From Spirochaetes bacterium GWB1_60_80 (lineage in GTDB: Bacteria > Spirochaetota > Spirochaetia > Treponematales > UBA12059), in contig MIAR01000045.1 of assembly GCA_001829185.1 (NCBI GenBank), positions 33,440 to 97,439 of the forward strand: a stretch of DNA of 64,000 nucleotides, in the 5' to 3' direction. Of this stretch, positions 56,154 through 63,945 are shown piece after piece (the stretch's first letter is position 1; each line of letters opens with the position of its first letter). The translations under genes were made by a program, and so were the position numbers. A model generated the notes under the pieces. The model saw nothing but the letters and a program-made list of their open reading frames with translations. It was not told the origin of the DNA and made no database searches.

Positions 56154-58255
56154 TGTAAGCCCTCGCTACTGCCGGTAAGCTCGGCCAGCATGGCGACAAT
56201 CTCACCTTCCAGAGCTTTAACATCGGCGGCAATGGCTTCCAGGGCGCGGGGTGGTTCGTAGCGGTAAAAATGGCGGTTGAGTGGAATCTCGTAACCCACC
56301 TTGGTTTTGCTATGGTCAATCCAGGCATCGGGTACATGGGGCAGGACTTCACGCTTGAAGTATTCCTCGATATTTTCCTTGAGCGGCACATTCTCGGTAT
56401 CGCGCAAGTCGGCATCGGCTTCGGGATTACCCTTGGCATCACGGCAGATTTCGGCAGTCTCGTCCTTTTCGCTCAGGGCTTCCAAAACTGCTTTCAGCTC
56501 TGGTGCCGACAAGCGCACGCCAGACTTTTGATCGATGGCTTTAAGTTCTTTCAAGAAGACGATGCGGTCTTTGAAAAGTTTCCCGGCGGTGGCTTTCTGC
56601 AAGTCAACAAGCATAGTTTTAAGCGCGGTTTGACGTTTTTTCCCGGCGGCCTCTTCTTGCAGCTTAACCGCCATATTTTTCTTGTCGCTTTCGGCAATTT
56701 TCTGAAAGGCACGCAGGTCGTCCAGAAGGGCGATACGTGCAGCGTTGGCCTGAAAGTTGAGGCGCAAGGGTCGTTCTACTGTGATCTTGTTGTAGCCAAA
56801 ATCATTGTTGTCAAAAATCTTGCTGACGATCAACTGCTTTTTCACGCCATCTACTATAATAGTGCGGGCTTCGTTGTGCTTGAATTTGCCATAAATCTTG
56901 CTCAGTTCGGCAATCTGATCCGGCCGGTTTTCCTCGCCATCGCCAATCTGGTTACGCTTGTTACCCAGGCTCTTGCGCATTTTGACGAAGAATTCCCGGC
57001 CATCAATTAGCTGAATCTTGCCGGTGCGGCGTTTTTCCTTGCGGTTGGTGACAATCCAGATATAGGTAGAAATGCCGGTATTATAGAAAAGCTGATCTGG
57101 CAAGGCGACAATAGCTTCCAGCCAGTCGTTCTCGATAATCCACTGGCGGATATTGGATTCGCCGCTCCCGGCATCGCCAGTAAAGAGTGGCGAACCATTA
57201 AAAACGATACCGATACGGCTGCCACCCTCGTCGGGACTGCGCATCTTGGAAATCATGTGCTGGAGGAACAGAAGCGAACCGTCATTGATACGGGGAGTGC
57301 CCGCGCCAAAGCGGCCATCATAGCCAAGGGTAGCTGCTTCATTTTCGATTGACTTCTGCTGTTGCTTCCATTCCACGCCAAAGGGTGGATTGGCCAGCAT
57401 GTAGTCGAACTTATCCTTGGGAAAACCATCTTTCTCAAACGTACAGTCCGGCTTGATGTTGTCGGAGTCTTCACCCTTGATGAGCATATCCGCCCGGCAG
57501 ATGCCATAGGCTTCATCGTTCCAGTCCTGACCAAACAGGTGCGGCTGTGCCTGGCTGTTTAATTTTCGAATATAATCCTCGGCCACGGAAAGCATACCAC
57601 CAGTACCGCAGGCCGGGTCATAGATGGTTTTTACCACGTGGCTTTTACGCAGGTCAGTTTCCGGCGAAAGTAGGAGATTGACCATCAGCTTGATGACTTC
57701 ACGCGGGGTGAAGTGTTCTCCAGCTTCTTCGTTCGATTGCTCCGCGCCGATGCGGATCAGCTCTTCAAATACATAGCCCATTTGCAGGTTATCGATATTG
57801 GCTGGCGACAGATCGACTTCATCGGATGCAAACTTCTTGACCACATTAAACAGCAGGTTTTTCTCGTTCATCTTGGTTACTTGAAGACCGAATTCAAGCT
57901 TTTCAAAAATCTGGCGTACATTGGGCGAAAATGAATTGATATAGCTATTCAGGTTTGGCGCAATCTGGTTCGGATCATCCAGCAGCTTCTTGAAGGTAAG
58001 CTTGGATAGATTGTAAAACGGCACTCCAGTAATAGTTCTCAGCTTGGCACTGATAATGTTCTCGGATTTGCCCTTGAACTTATCAAATTCCGCGAGTACT
58101 TTGGCCTTACTAGGCTCAAGGATACAATCGAAACGGCGCAGGATGGTTAAGGGGAGAATGACTTTCCGGTATTCATTACGCTTATATGGTCCACGGAGCA
58201 GATTGCAAATACTCCAGATAAAATTGGCTGTCTGCTGATGTGTCTGTACTGACAT
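56150..58255 (-). CDS. hsdM: type I restriction-modification N6-adenine DNA methyltransferase subunit
   Basis: Contains DPACGTGGML (SAM binding), LANPPFG (catalytic NPPF) and an N-terminal HsdM_N region. 701 aa. Confidence 0.95.
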   Translation of the reverse strand: MSVQTHQQTANFIWSICNLLRGPYKRNEYRKVILPLTILRRFDCILEPSKAKVLAEFDKFKGKSENIISAKLRTITGVPFYNLSKLTFKKLLDDPNQIAPNLNSYINSFSPNVRQIFEKLEFGLQVTKMNEKNLLFNVVKKFASDEVDLSPANIDNLQMGYVFEELIRIGAEQSNEEAGEHFTPREVIKLMVNLLLSPETDLRKSHVVKTIYDPACGTGGMLSVAEDYIRKLNSQAQPHLFGQDWNDEAYGICRADMLIKGEDSDNIKPDCTFEKDGFPKDKFDYMLANPPFGVEWKQQQKSIENEAATLGYDGRFGAGTPRINDGSLLFLQHMISKMRSPDEGGSRIGIVFNGSPLFTGDAGSGESNIRQWIIENDWLEAIVALPDQLFYNTGISTYIWIVTNRKEKRRTGKIQLIDGREFFVKMRKSLGNKRNQIGDGEENRPDQIAELSKIYGKFKHNEARTIIVDGVKKQLIVSKIFDNNDFGYNKITVERPLRLNFQANAARIALLDDLRAFQKIAESDKKNMAVKLQEEAAGKKRQTALKTMLVDLQKATAGKLFKDRIVFLKELKAIDQKSGVRLSAPELKAVLEALSEKDETAEICRDAKGNPEADADLRDTENVPLKENIEEYFKREVLPHVPDAWIDHSKTKVGYEIPLNRHFYRYEPPRALEAIAADVKALEGEIVAMLAELTGSSEGLQ

Positions 58256-58290
58256 TAATTTCTCCCTTATTGCTTTGTCCCTATTCTCTT

Positions 58291-58347
58291 CTTAAGCCCA
58301 CTAAGGACTTGGCGCGATTCGCCGAGCGCTAATGACATTCTTAGGGG
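58291..58347 (-). repeat. truncated attC-like remnant next to the hsdM start
   Basis: CTTAAGCCCACTAAGGACTTGGCGCGATTCGCCGAGCGCTAATGACATTCTTAGGGG aligns with the central part of the 62759-62865 element (TGGCGCGATTCTTGCCAAGCGTAGCGATAGCAC...) but lacks both canonical ends. Confidence 0.3.
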
Positions 58348-58405
58348 CGCGTTCGATTAAACCACATCTTCCTTTTCCTTTGCCTAACGCCGCGAAAGCG
58401 GCAGC

Positions 58406-58514
58406 CTCTAACATTTGCTCAAGCGGCAACGCGTATATGGCGTGATTTTGTCAAGCCAAGCTCCGACAGCAAGAATCGTGCCATAGCCGAGTCAAATTAA
58501 AGCAGTTGTTAGCT
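58406..58514 (-). repeat. attC-like site A (109 bp), 3' of cassette ORF 58518-59951
   Basis: Read on the minus strand: AGCTAAC-AACTG-CTTTAAT...CTTGAGC-AAAT-GTTAGAG. It starts 4 nt after the stop codon. A perfect GTTAGGC lies 18 nt further on (58388-58382). Confidence 0.5.
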
Positions 58515-58517
58515 TTC

Positions 58518-59951
58518 TTACATTACTAATGCATCAAAAACACTCTTTAGGTAATCATATTTTGGCATATAGTATTCTTCTAAAACATTTTCTACCATTT
58601 TCTCTAAATCACTATCATCTAAGCCTATTATGAATCCTCTACCGTCATTTGCAGTATCTTTGCATCTTTGTCTAAATATTTCTTTGTTCTCAATTGATCT
58701 ACATACTAATATTCCACACCTTCCACGTTCACGTGAAAAACGACCTGATAATTGATCTATTTCTGGGTTTACTGGATCAGTTGTATAATTCTTACATTCA
58801 ATATGCATATATGGAGCATTGTAATTAACAGCTAACCATTTGAAAAAACCATCAACTGCAGAATTTGTATATGTGATATCAATCCTCTTCCTTCCTTGAT
58901 GTATCTCATTTTGTACTTTTGGATTTGTTAAACTCGGGTAACAAATGGCTGTGAGAAATTTTTCTATTTCTTCTTCATATAATGAAGCATTTCCTCTTCC
59001 TGCAGGCACATTTTTTACAGCCTGTAATAGTTCTAAAAAGTTAGGTGATTCATCTGGTTTGTAATCAACAATTTCCTGATTACTTAATGGAGCTGATACT
59101 TGGGTGCTCTTAAATCTTCTATATCGCTCAAGTATTTCTGGATGCTTTTGACTGTATCTTACCATCATTTCTTTTCCAGAACCATATTTCAATTTGACAT
59201 CTTTTTTAAACACCCTTTTTCTACCACTTTTCAGTACAACTATCAAACTAGAATTATCTGCTAATTCTTTTTCTCGTAAGAAATCTAGTATAAAATGCCT
59301 ATAATACTCGTCTTCATCATAATGCATTGATTTTCTAACAATTGCTTTCGGAACTAATAGAAGCTTTTTATTCTCAGGTAATGGTAGGCTTGTGTACTCG
59401 TTTTTCCAGATTTTATCTTCAGCATCCCATAAAGGACCAGAATTTACATCTGATTCTACTGGTATTCCATAAAATGCACATACTTCCTGTGTATATAGTA
59501 TCAATGCATCTCGTATTATATTTGTTGTAATATCTGAAATCCTATCATACGAAATTCCAGGTATTAGTAGTATGGTGTCTTCAAGATCTTCAATTAATCC
59601 ACTGGCTACGGCTTGACTTTGAGTTATTTTTTCCCAGACATCTCTAGATGATTGATCCCCAAGAGCCGTTCCATGTGATTCTCCAACAGACAAGCCCAAA
59701 TGGGTCTCATTCGGCTCTCGTAGAACATTTAATAACGAACGAGCTCTGTCATGATCGCCTGCTTTGATACTATTTAATACAGTATCAAAGAAACTTTGAA
59801 CTTGACTAACACAATAATTGCCCCATTCATTATTAAGCGATAGCAAAGCCTTTGGATCAATATACATTTTTACATCGGTTGAAATGTCTACATCAACAAA
59901 ATCAAGCGTTGGTTGTTTTCGTCCAAGATGGTAATACTTCGATACCTTCAT
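58518..59951 (-). CDS. cassette protein: unknown ~330-aa N-terminal region plus C-terminal Mrr-like PD-(D/E)xK nuclease domain
   Basis: 477-aa ORF of about 30% GC, with AAGGAGA upstream. The C-terminus reads GRKRIDITYTN...YMHIECKNYTTDPVNPEIDQLSGRFSRERGRCGILVCRS, which fits the D...E-x-K pattern plus the Mrr_cat downstream pattern. Confidence 0.75.
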   Translation of the reverse strand: MKVSKYYHLGRKQPTLDFVDVDISTDVKMYIDPKALLSLNNEWGNYCVSQVQSFFDTVLNSIKAGDHDRARSLLNVLREPNETHLGLSVGESHGTALGDQSSRDVWEKITQSQAVASGLIEDLEDTILLIPGISYDRISDITTNIIRDALILYTQEVCAFYGIPVESDVNSGPLWDAEDKIWKNEYTSLPLPENKKLLLVPKAIVRKSMHYDEDEYYRHFILDFLREKELADNSSLIVVLKSGRKRVFKKDVKLKYGSGKEMMVRYSQKHPEILERYRRFKSTQVSAPLSNQEIVDYKPDESPNFLELLQAVKNVPAGRGNASLYEEEIEKFLTAICYPSLTNPKVQNEIHQGRKRIDITYTNSAVDGFFKWLAVNYNAPYMHIECKNYTTDPVNPEIDQLSGRFSRERGRCGILVCRSIENKEIFRQRCKDTANDGRGFIIGLDDSDLEKMVENVLEEYYMPKYDYLKSVFDALVM

Positions 59952-59985
59952 AATATCTCCTTTTACATCCCTGCACGGATGGCCA

Positions 59986-60103
59986 AACTAACATTTGCAC
60001 AACCTGCAATCCTAAACCGATTGGCTTGCGCGGTCTGCGCCGAGCGCAGCGACTAGCACAAACCATGACAACAGGATTTGTCAGGCTGAAGCAGTTGTTA
60101 TGT
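59986..60103 (-). repeat. attC-like site B (118 bp), overlapping the last 23 nt of ORF 60081-61691
   Basis: Read on the minus strand: ACATAAC-AACTG-CTTCAGC...GTTGTGC-AAAT-GTTAGTT. Its central-right block is homologous to site C. Confidence 0.5.
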
Positions 60104-61691
60104 TAAATTTCTTAAGTAATTTATCAAACTCAATTTTATATTTAGAAGACAATATTTTATTTGTTGTTATATCGCTGTAATCTATACTATTTACTCTATC
60201 TAGATTTTCATATTTATTTTCCGAATACTCTTGTTTCTTTAATGTTGAAGTAATAATTACTTGACGGTGAAGTAATTTTAATCCATTAATCATTATTTGT
60301 TCTTTATGAGTCGAAATCTCACCTTCTCGAAAACTATCAATGATGATTGGAAATGGGATTTTTAAGATTTTAGCAATAGCAACTAATTTCGCATAATAGA
60401 ATATTTGCCCTTCACTTCCAGAAAATGTCTGCTTCATTGTTGTGAATAAAGAATCTATATTAATTTCTGAATGTGGATCAATTTTCAGATAATTACTAAT
60501 TAATTCACTAATTATTCTATTTATCAGTATTTTTCCCTTTTCTATTTCGGAATTAAAACTTTCATCGATTTCCTTTAATCTTTCCTCTAAATGACTTATT
60601 TCAACCTGATATTCACTAACCTTTAAATCACTATTAATATTTTCCAATATTACATCTTTATACAGTATTATATCAGATACTTCATCCGGTGATTCCTTAA
60701 GCAACTCTTGATACTTTGCCTGTAAAGAATTAATTTCTTGTGAATATTCAGTAATTAAGGTAAGACGATAATTTATTTGACTTGTTATTGAATCCAGTAT
60801 TTGCCTTCGTACAATATCATTTGTGATCTCAAAAGATAAATCGCCACTTTGATACACTATGCGATCGCTTCCACAATCTCCACAAATAATTTTACCTATT
60901 TCAATATTCTGATTTAATGATCGAAGTTCAGTAATTAAACTTTCTAGCTTTACTTTTCTAGAAAGCTCCCTATTTCGCTTATTAACTAATCCAGCAATTT
61001 GTTTATCGGCTTCTCTTAATTTTATTTCAAACTGTTGGAATATAATATTGGAAAAGCCCGGCTGTACACGCAAAGCCAAATCAGGGTTCATTTTGGAAAA
61101 TTGATTTCGCTTTAATAATCTACTTATTTTATTCTGAAATTCTTTTATTTTTTCTTTAACCTGTTTAATCTCATCCGGAGATGCTTTAACATCTTCCTTT
61201 CCAATGCATTTTACCATTTCAATGAAGTGCTCTTTATTTGTAAATCCTGGGTTTATAATATTAGAAGTATTTCTTTTATCCTGTGGTAGAAAAAACAGTT
61301 GAAAAAATAGTGACAAATCTGAATGGTAAATTTGACCATCGTAATGATAACGAGGCAGTTTATATATATGATTATTAAAAAACATTTTGAAATCGGAAGT
61401 ACTATCATAAATTGTTAAATTACCATCCTGCAAAACGCTAAATGTATTCTGCTTTCGCATTATTTCGACATACTTTCTTCCTACTTTAATTTTTATGTAA
61501 AAATATTGATTATAATCATCAAATGATGATGGAAATATTGGATTATTTCCCAAAGCATAAAGCAGAGCTTGGACCACGAGTGTTTTTCCGCGATTATTGT
61601 CATCACTAAAAATAATATTTATTCTATTTTGAAATCTGTTTTCAATAAACGCCTCGCTCCAATTACCAAAAGCTACAGTTTTTACAATCAT
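60081..61691 (-). CDS. ABC/SMC-like ATPase with coiled-coil insert (Lamassu LmuB / DUF3732-like)
   Basis: Has Walker A (SDDNNRGKTLVVQALLYALG) and a ~250-aa heptad-rich middle with CGDCGS. It also has an ABC signature-like motif (FSGSEGQ) and Walker B (FPIIIDSFREGE). ATGA overlaps the upstream gene. Confidence 0.6.
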   Translation of the reverse strand: MIVKTVAFGNWSEAFIENRFQNRINIIFSDDNNRGKTLVVQALLYALGNNPIFPSSFDDYNQYFYIKIKVGRKYVEIMRKQNTFSVLQDGNLTIYDSTSDFKMFFNNHIYKLPRYHYDGQIYHSDLSLFFQLFFLPQDKRNTSNIINPGFTNKEHFIEMVKCIGKEDVKASPDEIKQVKEKIKEFQNKISRLLKRNQFSKMNPDLALRVQPGFSNIIFQQFEIKLREADKQIAGLVNKRNRELSRKVKLESLITELRSLNQNIEIGKIICGDCGSDRIVYQSGDLSFEITNDIVRRQILDSITSQINYRLTLITEYSQEINSLQAKYQELLKESPDEVSDIILYKDVILENINSDLKVSEYQVEISHLEERLKEIDESFNSEIEKGKILINRIISELISNYLKIDPHSEINIDSLFTTMKQTFSGSEGQIFYYAKLVAIAKILKIPFPIIIDSFREGEISTHKEQIMINGLKLLHRQVIITSTLKKQEYSENKYENLDRVNSIDYSDITTNKILSSKYKIEFDKLLKKFNITTASA

Positions 61692-62743
61692 TTAATTCCC
61701 TCCAGAATTCTAGCAATGAAAAATGCTAAGTGTATTTGACTCAAAGTTGGAACCAAAGCTTTTAATCTTTCGGAAAGTCCATTTATATAAAAATCAATAT
61801 CCTCACTTTTATATTTTGTAATCATAACAATAATTTTCTCAAGCAGTTGCCATACTGCTTTTTTATTGATTTTATTAAACCATGTCCTTGAAAGTGCAGC
61901 ATTACAATCAAGAATAATGTCTTTTATTTCTTCCGAATCACTTGTTTTTAAGTACGGTAGAAATAATATTGGAATATTACACTGCGAAAACAATTCGATG
62001 CCAATGATCCGATTTACAAGAAGAGTAACAATTTCTGTTTTAGAGATAGTCTTCTCAAAATTTAATGCTTCTTGTATCGTATTAACATTCTTTCCTTCAA
62101 TATTGATGTTTTTTAATGCAGACTGCTTGTCCCGAATTTCATCAAAAACACGAGATAAAAATGAATCATCAGCAAACGAATTGGACTTAATGGGAATAAG
62201 ACCACTAAGTGATTTTGGTTTATCCGTAGACCAAACGATAAATTTTACAAATTTTAAAAAACCATCTATCTTTGTTTCGTCAAGTTTATCATCATCTTTT
62301 AATTTATTTCTTCGTCGTATTTCAGAAACAAGCCCGTTTCTAATTCTTTCTTGTGTAGATTTTTTAATACCATCAAAAGAAAATGTTTTATCCGATGGAG
62401 CTACTAAATAGCTTGTATCTATTTCTTCAAGTAGCAATATATACTCAAGAAATTCGAATTCCGAGCAAAAATTATCCCATAGTGTAAATAAAAAACTACC
62501 AATTTTCTTTGGATTAGGATCTTGATGACCTTTTGATTGAATATCCCAAAGATTTTGAGGAGGTAAATCACATCCAGTAACATCATTAAATGTATCAACA
62601 AGTACTGTTTCTATATTTTCATGTTCATTGTGAAATGCTAATAAAAACAACAGAGAAAAGGTTTCATATTCAGAACCTTTTTTCTTTGTCTTCTCTGTAT
62701 TTTTAAAGGTATATGATTTCAAGTGTATCTCCATTTTCACCAA
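61688..62743 (-). CDS. predicted PD-(D/E)xK (Cap4/DUF4297-like) nuclease plus helical domain (Lamassu LmuA-like effector)
   Basis: The N-terminus reads GSEYETFSLLFLLAF...ETVLVDTFNDVTGCDLPPQNLWDIQSKGH (an E...D...D-x-Q-x-K pattern). 351 aa. The start is GTG at 62743 or ATG at 62734. Confidence 0.5.
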   Translation of the reverse strand: MVKMEIHLKSYTFKNTEKTKKKGSEYETFSLLFLLAFHNEHENIETVLVDTFNDVTGCDLPPQNLWDIQSKGHQDPNPKKIGSFLFTLWDNFCSEFEFLEYILLLEEIDTSYLVAPSDKTFSFDGIKKSTQERIRNGLVSEIRRRNKLKDDDKLDETKIDGFLKFVKFIVWSTDKPKSLSGLIPIKSNSFADDSFLSRVFDEIRDKQSALKNINIEGKNVNTIQEALNFEKTISKTEIVTLLVNRIIGIELFSQCNIPILFLPYLKTSDSEEIKDIILDCNAALSRTWFNKINKKAVWQLLEKIIVMITKYKSEDIDFYINGLSERLKALVPTLSQIHLAFFIARILEGIK

Positions 62744-62758
62744 GCGCTGCAGGCGTCA

Positions 62759-62865
62759 ACCTAGCATTTGCTTAATTGGCAAAGCGTAAATGGCGCGATT
62801 CTTGCCAAGCGTAGCGATAGCACGAATCGTGACATAGCGTTGTCCCGTTGAAGCAGTTGTTAGGT
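62759..62865 (-). repeat. attC-like site C (107 bp), 3' of cassette ORF 62875-63816
   Basis: Read on the minus strand: ACCTAAC-AACTG-CTTCAAC...ATTAAGC-AAAT-GCTAGGT. It is about three-quarters identical to site A over its full length. L'' (GCTTCAAC) is one base longer than the complement of L' (GCTTAAT). Confidence 0.55.
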
Positions 62866-62874
62866 CTTTTTTCT

Positions 62875-63816
62875 TCAAACAAAATCATAAGTCTTATAAA
62901 GTTTTTGCTTATTTATTGCCATTCGGATAACGTCTTTTGTATCATTAAATATTGTGTCACTTGCTTTCCATTCATTTCTGGCAATATCAATAATTGGTTT
63001 AAATTCACTATTATCAACTTTATCCATGTCTTTAACTTTTACTGTATTTTTTTGTATTTTGACTCTTCCATCGTTTAATATAATTACAGGAATAATAAGA
63101 TCTTCTGTTTCAAAAGCAAGTTTTTGACCAACAGTATATTTACCGCTTTGAATATCTTTTAAAAGTGCACCTTCTTGTACATTTATTGCTTGAGATATTC
63201 TTTCCTGCAATAACAAATTCAATTCTTTATCATCAACAATCTTAGTTGTACGTGTCTTATTTATTAATGTCAAAACATATTTTGCCATTTGTCTGAATGT
63301 TTCTTGATAAGTATTTTTTTTGAATATTGACATTATTTCAAAAAATTTCTCATCCTCAATATTAATAGCCAGCGTTTTAAATATTTCACTGTCATATTCT
63401 ACTCTAAATTTTTCTTCTGGCCCTAAAAATTCGCGTACAAAACTCTTTTTAAGAAAAAATATATAGTCAGTACCATTTGAGAGTAAGCCATAATTAATAA
63501 AATCATGATATTTTATATATTTTTCAATTTGATTAATTAATGACTCATTTAATGAAGCGTTTAGTTTTTTTGCTTCAATGATTAGCTTATCGTCAACTAA
63601 AAAATCAAATCGATCAAATCTTTTATCACTAGTAAATTCATATTTCACATCCTGTAAAGCATCAAAACCCCAAATATGTTCAAGTAAGGGAATAAGTATT
63701 GCACATTCTACGCCTTTTTCATTCAAATTCGATGCTATTTCATTATTTTCTTTTGACAGCGCATCCTTTAGATAGCCAATTCTCTGTTTAAAACTCGATT
63801 CACCTGTAATCGCCAT
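62875..63816 (-). CDS. cassette protein: HsdR-N-terminal-like PD-(D/E)xK domain plus unknown C-terminal domain
   Basis: ECAILIPLLEHIWGF...RFDRFDFLVDDKLIIEAKKL...QIEKYI...GLLSNGTDYIFF matches the HSDR_N_2-type nuclease-fold pattern. AAGGAGA lies upstream. 313 aa, very AT-rich. Confidence 0.7.
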   Translation of the reverse strand: MAITGESSFKQRIGYLKDALSKENNEIASNLNEKGVECAILIPLLEHIWGFDALQDVKYEFTSDKRFDRFDFLVDDKLIIEAKKLNASLNESLINQIEKYIKYHDFINYGLLSNGTDYIFFLKKSFVREFLGPEEKFRVEYDSEIFKTLAINIEDEKFFEIMSIFKKNTYQETFRQMAKYVLTLINKTRTTKIVDDKELNLLLQERISQAINVQEGALLKDIQSGKYTVGQKLAFETEDLIIPVIILNDGRVKIQKNTVKVKDMDKVDNSEFKPIIDIARNEWKASDTIFNDTKDVIRMAINKQKLYKTYDFV

Positions 63817-63835
63817 ATAAATCTCCTTAAGGAAA

Positions 63836-63863
63836 AATATAAAACCTCAATGGTTTTTGTCAA
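63836..63863 (-). promoter_or_regulatory. cassette-internal sigma70-like promoter
   Basis: Read on the minus strand: TTGACA (63863-63858), a 16-nt spacer, then TATATT (63841-63836). It lies about 20 nt upstream of the AAGGAG/ATG of ORF 62875-63816. Confidence 0.45.
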
Positions 63864-63898
63864 ATTGATTTTCTTAATCCTGCGCCGCCGCAGGCTGG

Positions 63899-63945
63899 AC
63901 CTAACACTATTTACACTGATCTCATTATCCCTCTACTAGTTATGT
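63899..63945 (-). repeat. short attC-like palindrome D (47 bp) upstream of cassette 3
   Basis: Read on the minus strand: ACATAAC...(33 nt)...GTTAGGT, with a perfect GTTRRRY core. It is shorter than usual attC sites and its interior pairing is weak. Confidence 0.3.

Noticed and set aside
55993-56442. N-terminal 150 codons of track ORF 55015..56442 (475 aa)
   Set aside because: This part overlaps the 3' end of hsdM in another frame and has no recognisable similarity. The DUF1016 homology begins exactly at the internal ATG at 55992, which has a GGAGGGA RBS.
58256-58405. Possible ORF-less micro-cassette between the truncated attC remnant and attC-A (GTTAGAG...GTTAGGC...)
   Set aside because: The segment is too short and too degenerate to delimit confidently by eye. 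It is reported only as part of the array description.
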